Source: Candidatus Eiseniibacteriota bacterium (GTDB lineage Bacteria; Eisenbacteria; RBG-16-71-46). Taken from it: DNA of 64,000 bases. Below the pieces are notes generated by a model. It saw nothing but the letters and a program-made list of their open reading frames with translations, had not been told where the DNA came from and did no database searches. Below, in pieces: positions 35,043 to 44,688 of the stretch. The translations under genes were made by a program, and so were the position numbers. Each line of letters starts with the position of its first letter. Position 1 is the stretch's first letter. The stretch spans positions 2,368,001 to 2,432,000 of the forward strand of contig OY970342.1 of assembly GCA_963717505.1 (NCBI GenBank). Direction: 5' to 3'.

Positions 35043-35975
35043 GTGACCACTCGCGGCGGCTCCCAGGTGCGACGCAGGGCAGGCGTCGTGGTTCCGGTCG
35101 TGGCCGGACTGGTGATGTGCGCCGTGCGTTGCGCGGCCCCGCTCGAAGTCGACGGCGAGCGCGCGCTCGAGCGGGTCCGCCACCAAGTTGCGGCCGGGCC
35201 GCGGATTCCGGGAAGTCCTGCACACGCGGCGATCGCGGATTGGATCGCGGCGGAAGTCGGCCGCCTGGGCGGTGCGGTCGAGCGCCAGACCTTCACCGAC
35301 AGCACCTTGGGCCGGCCCCTCGAGCTGACCAACCTCATCGGTCGCTTCGGTCCGAGCGACCCGGGTCGCCTGATCCTGGTGGCGCACTGGGACACGCGCG
35401 CGCGGGCCGATCGCGATCCCGATTCCACGCGGCGCTCCGATCCGGTGCCGGGCGCCAATGACGGCGCCTCCGGGGTCGCGATCCTGTTGGAAGTCGCCGA
35501 GCTGATGCACCGCCGCCCTCCGCGGGTCGGGGTCGATCTCGTGTTCGTCGACGGCGAGGATCAAGGCGAGAGCAGCCGCATGGAGGAATTCTGCCTCGGG
35601 TCGGGGCACTACGCGGCTTCGTTGCCGCGCGGCTATGCCAAAGCGGCGTTCGTGTTCGACATGGTCGGCGACAAAGACCTCGCGATTCATCCCGAAGTCA
35701 GCTCGTCGCGCCGGGCCGCGAACCTGGTGCAGATCGTGCTCGAAGCCGCGCGCGCGACCGGTGCGGTGCACTTCCACGAGGCGCCGCGCTTTCGTGTCCA
35801 CGACGACCACGTTCCATTGCTCGATGCCGGGATTCCCGCGGTCGACATCATCGACTTCGACTACCCGGCGTGGCACACGACCCGCGACACGCCGGATCAG
35901 GTGTCGGCGGCGAGCCTGGCCGAAGTGGCCCGGGTGGCGGCGTGGCTGGTCTACCGGAGCCCCCTGTCGCGCTAG
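35043..35975 (+). CDS. M28 family metallopeptidase, glutaminyl-cyclase-like
   Basis: GPRIPGS.AH, AHWDTR, GANDGASGV, DGED, DMVGD, DDH, WHT. Confidence 0.85.
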   Translation: MTTRGGSQVRRRAGVVVPVVAGLVMCAVRCAAPLEVDGERALERVRHQVAAGPRIPGSPAHAAIADWIAAEVGRLGGAVERQTFTDSTLGRPLELTNLIGRFGPSDPGRLILVAHWDTRARADRDPDSTRRSDPVPGANDGASGVAILLEVAELMHRRPPRVGVDLVFVDGEDQGESSRMEEFCLGSGHYAASLPRGYAKAAFVFDMVGDKDLAIHPEVSSSRRAANLVQIVLEAARATGAVHFHEAPRFRVHDDHVPLLDAGIPAVDIIDFDYPAWHTTRDTPDQVSAASLAEVARVAAWLVYRSPLSR

Positions 35976-36075
35976 AGGCCGCCCCGGCCGCGCGTTCCGC
36001 GATCGGCGGAGCTTCAGCCCCGCGCTTGACAGGCCCTTGTCACTGTGGTTGGCGCCGGCACCGGGGCGAGCCCGC

Positions 36076-36105
36076 TTGCCACATCGGGCTCGACTGAGAT
36101 AAGTT
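36076..36105 (+). promoter_or_regulatory. Putative sigma70 promoter of the rimP operon
   Basis: TTGCCA-N18-TAAGTT. Confidence 0.4.
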
Positions 36106-36114
36106 TCCGCCCCT

Positions 36115-36149
36115 GGAGTGGGGCAGGTGCAACCACTCCGTTTTGTTTC
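36115..36149 (+). promoter_or_regulatory. rimP leader hairpin / attenuator-like terminator
   Basis: GGAGTGG...CCACTCC stem followed by GTTTTGTTT, as commonly seen upstream of rimP-nusA. Confidence 0.65.
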
Positions 36150-36165
36150 GAGTTCCGGAGCGGAA

Positions 36166-36663
36166 TTGAAAGTCCTGGAAGAGGTTCGGCGGCTCGCCGA
36201 GCCGCTTGCCGAAGAGTCCGGCTACGAGCTGGTCGACGTCGAGCATGCGGTTCTCGGTAGCCGGATGGTCGTGCGTGTCCTGCTGGACAAGCCGGGCGGC
36301 ATCACCGTCGGCGACTGCGCGCGATTCAGCCGGCGTCTTTCGGATTGTATGGACATGAACCAGATCGTACCCGGGCAGTATCAGCTGGAAGTCAGCTCTC
36401 CCGGGATCGAGCGCCGGTTGAACACGCTGGATTCGGTGGCGAGGTTCTCCGGTCGCAAGGCGACCGTCACGACCCTGGAGCCGCGGGACGGGCGACGCAA
36501 CTGGGAGGGCATCCTGATCGGACCGGAGGGTGGCCAGGTCGGACTCCGGACCGACGACGGAAACGAGCACTGGTTCGGATGGGCCGAGGTCAAACAGGCG
36601 CGGCTCGTCATGACGGACCCGTGGAAGCGGGGCAGTGGCCCCGATCGAGGAGGATCGAAGTGA
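36166..36663 (+). CDS. rimP: Ribosome maturation factor RimP
   Basis: GYELVDVE, LDKPGGITVGDC, YQLEVSSPGIER; TTG start after GGAG. Confidence 0.93.
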   Translation: MKVLEEVRRLAEPLAEESGYELVDVEHAVLGSRMVVRVLLDKPGGITVGDCARFSRRLSDCMDMNQIVPGQYQLEVSSPGIERRLNTLDSVARFSGRKATVTTLEPRDGRRNWEGILIGPEGGQVGLRTDDGNEHWFGWAEVKQARLVMTDPWKRGSGPDRGGSK

Positions 36664-38144
36664 ACCACGACATTCTTGACGCGTTGAGCCAGATCACGCG
36701 CGAAAAGAGCGTGGATCGCGCGATGCTCATCGAAACCCTCGAAGTCGGGCTGGCGAGTGCGGTCCGCCGCAAGTACGGCATGACCGCCGACGTCCAGGTC
36801 GCGTTCGCCAACGACACCGGCTCGATCTCGATCGTGCTGCGCAAGACCGTGGCCGAGACCATCGAAGATCCGGCCCTGCAGATGACGGTCGAGGAGGCGC
36901 GCGCCCATCGGCGCGACGCGAAGGTCGGCGACGTCCTGTCGTTCCCGCTGCCGATTGCCGAGTTCGGTCGCAACGCGATCCAGACCGCGAAGCAGGTGCT
37001 GATCCAGCGCGTGCGCGAGGCCGAGCGCGAGCGCGTGTTCCGCGAATACGCCGACAAGATCGGCACGCTGGTGCGTGGCGTGGTCCAGCAGGTGGATCGC
37101 GGCAACGTGATCGTCAAACTCGACCATAGTGAAGGGCTGCTGCCGGCGCGCGAGCAGATCCCGCGCTCCTATCACCGCCAGGGCGACTACGTGCGCGCGG
37201 TGGTGATCAACGTCGACAAGCTGGCCAAGGGCCCGCAGGTGATCCTGTCGCGGACGCACCCGGACTTCCTGCGCCGCCTGTTCGAGAGCGAAGTGCCGGA
37301 GATCGCCGACAGCATCGTCGAGATCAAGGCGGTCGCGCGCGAAGCCGGGGCCCGGTCCAAGATCTCGGTGTTCTCCAACGATCCGCGGGTCGACGCGGTC
37401 GGCTCGTGCGTCGGGCTCAAGGGCTCGCGGGTGCAGAGCATCGTGCGCGAGCTGGGCGGCGAGCGCATCGACATCGTGCCGTGGTCCCACGAGCCGAACG
37501 TGTTCGTGTCGCGCGCCCTGGCGCCGGCGCGGGTGCTCGACGTGCGGGTGCACGAGGCCGACAAGGCCATGCAGGTGATCGTCGCCGACGACCAGCTGTC
37601 ACTGGCGATCGGCAAGGGCGGGCAGAACGCCCGGCTGGCGGCCAAGCTCACCGGCTGGAAGATCGACCTGGTGTCGAAGACCGAGGAGAAGAAGCGCCAC
37701 GAGCTGGAGCGCGCCAGCCGCATCGAAGTCGAGAAGCTCGAGTTGGGCGAAGCCACCACCGAAAAGCTGATTTCGGCGGGGATCGAAACCGTGCAGGAGC
37801 TGATCGCGGTCCCGCTCGAGAAGCTGGTGGACATTCCGGGCATCGGCGAGAAGACCGCGGAGAAGATCCTGGCCGTGGCGCAGGAGTACATCGTGGCGCA
37901 CCCGCCGGTCGCGGCCGTGGAAACGGCGGCGGCTAACGGCGGGGGTGGCGCCGATGCAGCGGCGATCGACGCCGATGCGATGTTGGACGAGTCGGTTGCG
38001 ACCGACGAGTCCGAGGGAACCGACCTCTTGCAGGCGGCCGAAGGGCCCGCGGCTTCCGACCAGCCGGCGGCCTCCGATGCGCCGCCGGCGTCCGACGAGC
38101 CGGCCGAGGCCACCACACCGGACGGGAGCGAGCATCGTGGCTAA
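36660..38144 (+). CDS. nusA: Transcription factor NusA with acidic tail
   Basis: FGRNAIQTAKQV, ILSRTHP, AREAGARSKI, LSLAIGKGGQNARLA. Confidence 0.96.
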   Translation: MNHDILDALSQITREKSVDRAMLIETLEVGLASAVRRKYGMTADVQVAFANDTGSISIVLRKTVAETIEDPALQMTVEEARAHRRDAKVGDVLSFPLPIAEFGRNAIQTAKQVLIQRVREAERERVFREYADKIGTLVRGVVQQVDRGNVIVKLDHSEGLLPAREQIPRSYHRQGDYVRAVVINVDKLAKGPQVILSRTHPDFLRRLFESEVPEIADSIVEIKAVAREAGARSKISVFSNDPRVDAVGSCVGLKGSRVQSIVRELGGERIDIVPWSHEPNVFVSRALAPARVLDVRVHEADKAMQVIVADDQLSLAIGKGGQNARLAAKLTGWKIDLVSKTEEKKRHELERASRIEVEKLELGEATTEKLISAGIETVQELIAVPLEKLVDIPGIGEKTAEKILAVAQEYIVAHPPVAAVETAAANGGGGADAAAIDADAMLDESVATDESEGTDLLQAAEGPAASDQPAASDAPPASDEPAEATTPDGSEHRG

Positions 38145-40440
38145 AGCCGCCGCCAAGAAGGTTCGGATCTACGAGGTCGCCAAGGACCTCGGCATGTCGA
38201 GCGAAGCCGTGCTCCAGATCGTCAAACGCATGGGCGCCGACGTCAAGAACCACATGAGCACGCTCGAACCGCAGGTGGTCGAGAAGGTCCGCGCCGAGTT
38301 GGCGCAGGAGATGACTGCGGTGCGCGAGGCCGAGCACCGCAAGATCGAGCACGAACAGCAGCGGGCCCGCGAAGAGCGTGCGCGCGTTCAGCAGGCGGCG
38401 CAGAAGTCCGTGCAGTCGGCGGCGGCGCACGCGCCGGCGCATGCGCCCGCCAAGCCTCAGGTCTCGTCCCCGGCGGCGGCCCGCCCGGCGGTGTCGACGC
38501 CGTCGCGCCCCATGTTCCGCGGCCCGGACCGCGGCCCGCGGCGCCGCGACAAGAAGAAGAAGAAGGTCGACCAGAAGCTGGTTGCCGACAGCGTGCGCAA
38601 GACCCTGGCCAGCCTGGACTCGGGCGGCGCCCGCCGGCGCACCCGGCGACGCGACGACGAGAACGGCGAGGTCGCGGTCGAAGAATCGAAAGTTCTGCGC
38701 GCCGCCGAGTTCATCACCGTCGCCGAGCTGGCGAACCTGATGGAGGTGCGGCCGCAGGAAGTGATCGCGACCTGCATGCGGCTCGGTTTGATGGCGACCA
38801 TGAACAAGCGCCTGGACAAGGACTCGTTGATGACCGTCGCCGACGAGTTCGGCTACACGGTCGAGATCGTTTCGGAGTACGGCGAGGAGGAGGTCGGCGC
38901 CGAGGAGGAAGTCGCGACCGAAAGCCTCGAGTCGCGGCCGCCGGTGGTCACGGTCATGGGTCACGTCGACCACGGCAAGACCTCGCTGCTCGACCATATT
39001 CGGAAGACCAACGTCATCGCCGGCGAATCGGGCGGAATCACGCAGCACATCGGCGCTTACGAGGTGACGCTGCCCGCGGGCAAGCGGATCACGTTCCTCG
39101 ACACGCCCGGCCACGAGGCGTTCACGGCGATGCGCGCGCGCGGAGCCCAGGCCACCGACATCGTGGTCCTGGTGGTCGCGGCCGATGATCGCGTGATGCC
39201 GCAGACCATCGAAGCGATCGATCATGCCCGGGCGGCGGACGTGCCGCTCGTGGTCGCAATCAACAAGATCGACCTGCCGGCGGCCCGGCCCGACCTGGTC
39301 AAGCAGGAGCTGGCCCAGCGCGGCGTCGTGGTCGAGGAGTACGGCGGCAAGAACGTCAGCGTCGAAATCTCGGCGAAGAAGGGCACCAACGTCGATCGCC
39401 TGCTCGAGATGATCCTGCTGGTTTCCGACATGCTCGACCTCAAGGCCGATCCCCACCGGCGTGCGCGCGGGGTGGTGCTCGAGGCGCGCGTCGAACAGGG
39501 GCGCGGCATCGTGGTCAGCGTGCTGGTCGAACAGGGCACCCTGCGGATCGGCGATTCGTTCGTCGCCGGACAGCAGCACGGACGCGTGCGGGCCATGTTC
39601 GACGAGCGCGGGCACGCGGTGCGCGAAGCCGGGCCGTCGACGCCGGTCGAGGTCCTGGGCTGGGGCGGAACGCCGGCGGCCGGCGACCAGATCGTCGCCT
39701 TCGAGGACGAGCGCGAAGCGCGCGAGATGGCGACCAAGCGCCAGGCGCTGGCGCGCGAGCACGAGTTCCGTGCCGCGCGGACCATCAAGCTGTCGTCGTT
39801 CCACGAGCGCATGGCGCAGGGCGAGGCCAACGAGCTCAAGATGGTGATCAAGGGCGACGTCGACGGCTCGGTCGAGGCGCTGTCGGAGTCGCTGACCAAG
39901 CTGAGCACCGCCGAAGTCCAGGTGCGCATCATCCGGCAGGCGGTCGGCCAGATCACCGAGTCCGACGTGCTGCTCGCCCAGGCTTCGGGCGCGATCATCG
40001 TCGGCTTCCACGTACGGCCCGACGTCCGTGCGCGCGAGTTGGCCGAGCGCGAGGGCATCGAGATTCGCCTCTACGACATCATCTACAAGGCGGTCGAGGA
40101 GGTGAAGCAGGCGCTCGAGGGTCTGCTCAAACCCGAGCTCAAGGAGGTCGTGATTGGCACCGCCGAGGTCCGTCAGACCTTCAAGATCTCGAAGACCGGC
40201 ATGATCGCCGGCTGCATGGTGACTTCGGGTTCGATCCCGCGCACCGCGAAGGTGCGTCTGAACCGTGGCGGCGAAACCGTGTGGACCGGCCGGATCGAGA
40301 CGCTCAAGCGCTTCAAGGACGACGTCCGTGAGGTCCAGAACGGCTTCGAGTGCGGCATCAGTCTCGACGGCATGAGGGACATCCAGGTCGGGGACACGAT
40401 CGAGGCCTTCACGATCGAGGAGCTGGCGCGGACGCTGTAG
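38137..40440 (+). CDS. infB: Translation initiation factor IF-2
   Basis: [45 protein letters not shown]. Confidence 0.97.
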   Translation: MAKAAAKKVRIYEVAKDLGMSSEAVLQIVKRMGADVKNHMSTLEPQVVEKVRAELAQEMTAVREAEHRKIEHEQQRAREERARVQQAAQKSVQSAAAHAPAHAPAKPQVSSPAAARPAVSTPSRPMFRGPDRGPRRRDKKKKKVDQKLVADSVRKTLASLDSGGARRRTRRRDDENGEVAVEESKVLRAAEFITVAELANLMEVRPQEVIATCMRLGLMATMNKRLDKDSLMTVADEFGYTVEIVSEYGEEEVGAEEEVATESLESRPPVVTVMGHVDHGKTSLLDHIRKTNVIAGESGGITQHIGAYEVTLPAGKRITFLDTPGHEAFTAMRARGAQATDIVVLVVAADDRVMPQTIEAIDHARAADVPLVVAINKIDLPAARPDLVKQELAQRGVVVEEYGGKNVSVEISAKKGTNVDRLLEMILLVSDMLDLKADPHRRARGVVLEARVEQGRGIVVSVLVEQGTLRIGDSFVAGQQHGRVRAMFDERGHAVREAGPSTPVEVLGWGGTPAAGDQIVAFEDEREAREMATKRQALAREHEFRAARTIKLSSFHERMAQGEANELKMVIKGDVDGSVEALSESLTKLSTAEVQVRIIRQAVGQITESDVLLAQASGAIIVGFHVRPDVRARELAEREGIEIRLYDIIYKAVEEVKQALEGLLKPELKEVVIGTAEVRQTFKISKTGMIAGCMVTSGSIPRTAKVRLNRGGETVWTGRIETLKRFKDDVREVQNGFECGISLDGMRDIQVGDTIEAFTIEELARTL

Positions 40441-40468
40441 CAGCTCCGGCCGACCGGCGCGCACTTCC

Positions 40469-40750
40469 ATGTTCGTGGGCATCGTCCGCATCGAGCTGCA
40501 CGTGCCCGCGGCCGGGTCGCTCAAGGACAAACGCGCCGTGATCCGATCCCTCAAGGAGCGCATTCGCAACCGGGTTCAGGCCTCGGTCGCCGAGGTGGAC
40601 CACCACGACCTCTGGCAGCGTGCCGCACTCGGGGTGGCGCTGGTTTCCTCCGAGAATCATCACCTGACGGAGTTGCTACAGAGCGTCCGAAACATCGTCG
40701 AGTCGGAGCCGGCGGCTACGGTGCTCGACTGGCAGGAGCAACGACTGTGA
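40469..40750 (+). CDS. DUF503 (YlxP) family protein
   Basis: SLKDKRAVIRSLK..., SVAEVDHHDLWQRA; between infB and rbfA. Confidence 0.88.
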   Translation: MFVGIVRIELHVPAAGSLKDKRAVIRSLKERIRNRVQASVAEVDHHDLWQRAALGVALVSSENHHLTELLQSVRNIVESEPAATVLDWQEQRL

Positions 40751-41118
40751 GAATCCGTCCCGAGCGCGTCGCGCAGCGCATCCAGCGCGAGGCCGCCGAC
40801 ATCCTCGGCAATCGGTTGCGCGATCCCCAGGTCTCGCAATGGGTGAGCGTCACCGACGTCGAAGTGACCCACGACCTCTCGGTCGCCCGCATCTTCGTCA
40901 GCATCCTGCCCGAGGGCGATGAGCGACGCCGCACGCTCCTTGCCCTCGAACGCGCCACGCCGTTCGTGCGGCGCGAGTTGGCCAGCCGTCTGTCGCTGCG
41001 CGAAGTGCCTGAGATCCGCTTCCTGCTCGACACCTCGATCGAGCGCGGGGCGCGGGTCGAGGAGCTGCTCAGGCGGATCGAGAGCGGCACGCCGCCGGAG
41101 GACGAGGAGGAGGCGTGA
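40747..41118 (+). CDS. rbfA: Ribosome-binding factor A
   Basis: RPERVA, LRDP, VTDVEVTHDL, LREVPEIRF..DTSIERG. Confidence 0.93.
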   Translation: MRIRPERVAQRIQREAADILGNRLRDPQVSQWVSVTDVEVTHDLSVARIFVSILPEGDERRRTLLALERATPFVRRELASRLSLREVPEIRFLLDTSIERGARVEELLRRIESGTPPEDEEEA

Positions 41119-42155
41119 GCGTGGTCGAACCGTCGGCGCCGCCGCTCGCCGTCGTGCCTTCGGCCGGTCCGCCGCCGCGCTGCGGGGTCCTGGTCGTCGA
41201 CAAGTCGGCGGGCATCACCTCGCACGATGTGGTCGACGTCGTCCGCCGCCGATTCCGCGAGAAAGCCGCCGGCCACCTGGGGACACTCGATCCCGGGGCC
41301 AGCGGGCTGCTGGCGCTCGCGCTCGGTGCCGCGACCCGCTGCGTTCCGGTCTGGCAGGGCGGCGAGAAGACCTACGAAGGCACGGTTCGCCTCGGTGTCG
41401 TCACCTCGACCCAGGACCTGGCCGGCGAGGTCGTCGAGGAACGGCCGGTCGCCGTCACCGAAGCCGAAGTGCGCGAGGCCTCGGTCGCACTCACCGGCGA
41501 TTTGCTCCAGGTGCCGCCGATGGTCTCAGCGATCCGCGTGCGCGGCGAGCGGCTGTACCGGCTCGCGCGCCGCGGCATCACCGTCGATCGCGCGCCGCGC
41601 CCGGTGCATGTCGCGTCGTGGGAATGGACCTGGTTCGCGCTCCCCGAAGCCACGTTCCGGGTCCGCTGCTCGAGCGGCACCTACGTGCGCACGCTCGCGC
41701 ACGATCTCGGCGCGCGCCTCGGCTGCGGCGGAGCGCTCAAGTCCCTGCGTCGCCTGCGCAGCGAGCCGTTCGATTTGTCGCGCGCCACGACGCTGCGCGA
41801 CCTGTATGAGCGGACTCCGGACGAAGTCTGGGCGCTCGCCGGAATTCCCCTCGACCAGGCGCTGAACGTGCTGCCGGGGGTCGTGTTCGGTGCCGCCGAT
41901 GCGGAGGGCCTGGGCTTCGGCCGTGCGATCCCGCTGGATCGCGCTGCCCTCGAGGGCGTGCCGCGGGCCGCCGGACCGCGTTCGGTCGTGTTCCGCGACG
42001 CGCTCGGACACGCGCTGGCGCTCGGGGAGGTCGTCGTCCACGACGCGGGGCACCCTCCGGGGACCGACGCATTCGAGGGTGAAATGATGTTCGCCCGGCC
42101 GCACGTGATCTTCCCCTGGGCGGTGCGTCAGGGACGCGGCGGGGCGGTCGCGTGA
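41115..42155 (+). CDS. truB: tRNA pseudouridine(55) synthase
   Basis: DKSAGITSHDVV, GHLGTLDP, QVPPMVSA, CSSGTYVRTLAHDLG. Confidence 0.94.
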   Translation: MSVVEPSAPPLAVVPSAGPPPRCGVLVVDKSAGITSHDVVDVVRRRFREKAAGHLGTLDPGASGLLALALGAATRCVPVWQGGEKTYEGTVRLGVVTSTQDLAGEVVEERPVAVTEAEVREASVALTGDLLQVPPMVSAIRVRGERLYRLARRGITVDRAPRPVHVASWEWTWFALPEATFRVRCSSGTYVRTLAHDLGARLGCGGALKSLRRLRSEPFDLSRATTLRDLYERTPDEVWALAGIPLDQALNVLPGVVFGAADAEGLGFGRAIPLDRAALEGVPRAAGPRSVVFRDALGHALALGEVVVHDAGHPPGTDAFEGEMMFARPHVIFPWAVRQGRGGAVA

Positions 42156-43061
42156 ACGCTGCGGTCGCGGTCGGCGTCTTCGACGGCCTGCACCTCGGGC
42201 ATCAGCGAATCCTCGCCCGCGCGCTCGAGCGCGCCCAGGCCCGCGGCGCCCGGACGGTCGTGGTCAGCTTCGATCCGCACCCGGACGTGGTGCTGTCGAG
42301 CCCGTTTCGCGCCCTGCCACCGCTGACGCCGCACACCGAGCGCCGCGCGCGCCTGGCGGCCCTCGGCATCGATCACTACGAGGTGTTGCCGTTCACGCGC
42401 GAGCTGGCGGCAACCGAGCCCGAGACGTTCGTCGAACGTCACCTGATCGCACCGTTCGGAATGCGCGACCTGGTCGTCGGCCAGTCCTTCGCCCTCGGGC
42501 GCAAGCGCGCCGGCAACGTGCCCAGGCTGCGCGAGATCGGCGCCACCCGCGGATTCGAAGTCGAAGAAGTGCCGCTGCTCGAGATCGGGGGCGCCCCGGT
42601 GAGCAGCACCCGGATTCGCGAGCTGCTGGCCGCCGGGCGGGTCGAGAGCCTGCCCGAGCTGCTCGGTCGTCGCTACAGCCTCGGCGGACGCGTCGTGCGC
42701 GGCGAACAGATCGGCCGAACGCTGGGGGTTCCGACCGCCAACTCTGCAGCTCCACGAAGAGAAGCTGATCCCGGCCGACGGCATCTACGCGGTGTGGGCG
42801 GGAATCGACGGTGAGCCGGTGCGCCGCCCGGCGGCGATGAGCATCGGCGTGCGTCCGACGTTCGGCGGCGAGCGCCGCACGCTCGAGGTCCATCTGCTGG
42901 ACTGGAGCGGAGACCTGGTCGATCGCGAAGTCGAAGTCGAGTTCGCGAGCTGGCTCAGGCCCGAGATCAAGTTCGACGGGGTCGAGGCGCTCAAACGAGC
43001 CATGCAGGACGATCTGGCGCGTACGCGCGAACTGCTCGGGGGTGCTCCACAAAAAGCCTGA
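42152..43061 (+). CDS. ribF: Bifunctional riboflavin kinase/FAD synthetase (frameshift near 42741)
   Basis: GVFDGLHLGHQ, VSSTRIR, GRTLGVPTAN; SIGVRPTF, LEVHLLD in second frame. Confidence 0.9.
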
Positions 43062-43088
43062 GGCCCCGGTTGCGGGCACCGGGGCCTC
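43051..43088 (-). terminator. Intrinsic terminator between convergent genes
   Basis: 11-bp stem GAGGCCCCGGT/ACCGGGGCCTC (43060-43088) with A5 at 43051-43055. Confidence 0.7.
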
Positions 43089-43107
43089 GGGGGGCGCTAA
43101 GGTGAGT

Positions 43108-43926
43108 CTAGGCGTTCGCGCGCGCGCGAACCACGGTCACCGCACCCGTGCCCAACATCGCGATCGCCATCAGTGCCAGCGCGATGTCGTTCGCGCCCGG
43201 AAGCGACGGAACGATCGGGAAGGTGCTGTGAACTTCCAGATCGTCGACGTCCTGGAAGGTCGTGGTCACCGCCGCCTGGCGGAAGGCGTACTGGTCGATG
43301 GCCTCACCGGCAGCCAGGGCGAACGGGCCGCTGGTCGCCGAGGTGCTGGCCGAGCTGGTCGGGTTGACCCACATCTGCGACGTGCCGGCCACCGGATCGT
43401 ACGATGTGACCACGGTGTACTGGGTGTTGTACGACAGGTCGGTGGGGAATGCCACCGGCGGGCTGGTACCCGACGAGGTCACGCTGATGTAGAGACCGAA
43501 GTTGCCGCCGCCGGTCGGCGGCCCGACGTAGACGCGGGCGCGGAAGTTGTTCGGGTTGATCGACGGACGCGCGTGCGCGAAGTAGTCCGCCGTGGCGTGG
43601 ACGGGAGCACCACCGCCCGGCGCGATCGACGGAACCGTGAGCTTGAACATCGCGAACGACGTGGACGTTGCGGCGAACGCGGCATGCGGACGATTGACGT
43701 CCTGGCCGGATCCCGCGCTCTGGTTGAGGCGGATCGCGCCGCCCGTCACCAGAATCGGCTTGTCGGTGATGAGACCGCTGTGAAGCGCCCAGCCACCCTG
43801 TCCGATGAGATTGCCGTCCGGATAGGAGAAGGGCTCCGACATGACGAGGGCGGAGAATGCCAGCGACGGGGAGACGGCCAGGGCCGCCACGGCGCACGCC
43901 AGCGCGAATCGGGGTCTGTGTTTCAT
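43108..43926 (-). CDS. Secreted beta-rich protein with IPTL/PEP-CTERM-like C-terminal anchor
   Basis: Signal peptide (LAFS/A); EPFSYPDGNLIGQGGW; C-terminus VPSLPG..+TM helix+VVRARANA. Confidence 0.7.
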   Translation of the reverse strand: MKHRPRFALACAVAALAVSPSLAFSALVMSEPFSYPDGNLIGQGGWALHSGLITDKPILVTGGAIRLNQSAGSGQDVNRPHAAFAATSTSFAMFKLTVPSIAPGGGAPVHATADYFAHARPSINPNNFRARVYVGPPTGGGNFGLYISVTSSGTSPPVAFPTDLSYNTQYTVVTSYDPVAGTSQMWVNPTSSASTSATSGPFALAAGEAIDQYAFRQAAVTTTFQDVDDLEVHSTFPIVPSLPGANDIALALMAIAMLGTGAVTVVRARANA

Positions 43927-44262
43927 CGCGCACTCCTAGTGGGGTCAGGAAGCTGTAGAGGAGATGGACGCCTCAATCCTACCTGCCTCGACCGGGTCGG
44001 CGACAGCGCTATTTGATGACAAGAGCGTTACATGCGCGATTTGGGTCGCGCGGTTAAGACGAAGAAAACATTGTTGCCCACTGATTCCTCGGGTGGCGGA
44101 TCGAGCCCTCCTCGATCCGTCGAACTGGCGGTCGAGGGCGAGCCATGTTATTTTGCCGGGTCACTTTGGCCAGGGTATGGAACCCAGAGCCGCTCGGGCA
44201 TCCGGGAGCTGGAACCCGGTGCGCTGGGCCACTCCGCACACTCTCCAGCAGGAGGTGGCGCC

Positions 44263-44532
44263 TTGACGCTCTCCAAGGAGCAGAAACAGGGCATCATCGG
44301 CAAGTACAAGATTCACGAGGGTGACTCCGGATCTCCCGAGGTCCAGATCGCCTTGCTGACCGAAAAGATTCACTACCTGACCGACCACTTCAAGAGTCAC
44401 CCGCGGGATCACGCGTCGCGCCGCGGCCTGCTGCGCATGGTGGGACAGCGCCGTCGGCTGCTCGACTATCTCAAGGCGACGAAGGTCGATCGCTACCGCA
44501 AGGTGGTCAAGGATCTGGGACTGCGCCGCTAG
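44263..44532 (+). CDS. rpsO: 30S ribosomal protein S15
   Basis: [38 protein letters not shown]; AGGAGG RBS, TTG start. Confidence 0.97.
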   Translation: MTLSKEQKQGIIGKYKIHEGDSGSPEVQIALLTEKIHYLTDHFKSHPRDHASRRGLLRMVGQRRRLLDYLKATKVDRYRKVVKDLGLRR

Positions 44533-44549
44533 CGCGGACCCAACACGGG

Positions 44550-44573
44550 ACCGCGGGCAAAGGCCCGCGGTTC
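44550..44573 (+). terminator. Hairpin after rpsO
   Basis: ACCGCGGGC-AAAG-GCCCGCGGT; weak U tract. Confidence 0.5.
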
Positions 44574-44688
44574 ACACTACGGCGCGGACCGTCATGGTTC
44601 GCGCGGCACCCGCTCCGGGATCGCACGACGGCGGGGGTCAGGCTTTCCGGCGGGCTGCCGGATGCGTGCGAGAGGAAAACATTCGTTG

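Noticed and set aside
36004-36023. REP-like sequence CGGCGGAGCTTCAGCCCCGC
   Set aside because: Single imperfect copy and no associated transposase in the window.
32601-40569. Very long antisense ORFs (32601-35876, 37933-40569; likewise 3751-5910 and 20710-22584)
   Set aside because: Shadow ORFs expected opposite real genes in high-GC DNA; no recognisable motifs.
43930-44260. tRNA or small ORF in the intergenic region before rpsO
   Set aside because: No cloverleaf or T-loop motif; the ORFs lack an SD and host-like codon usage.
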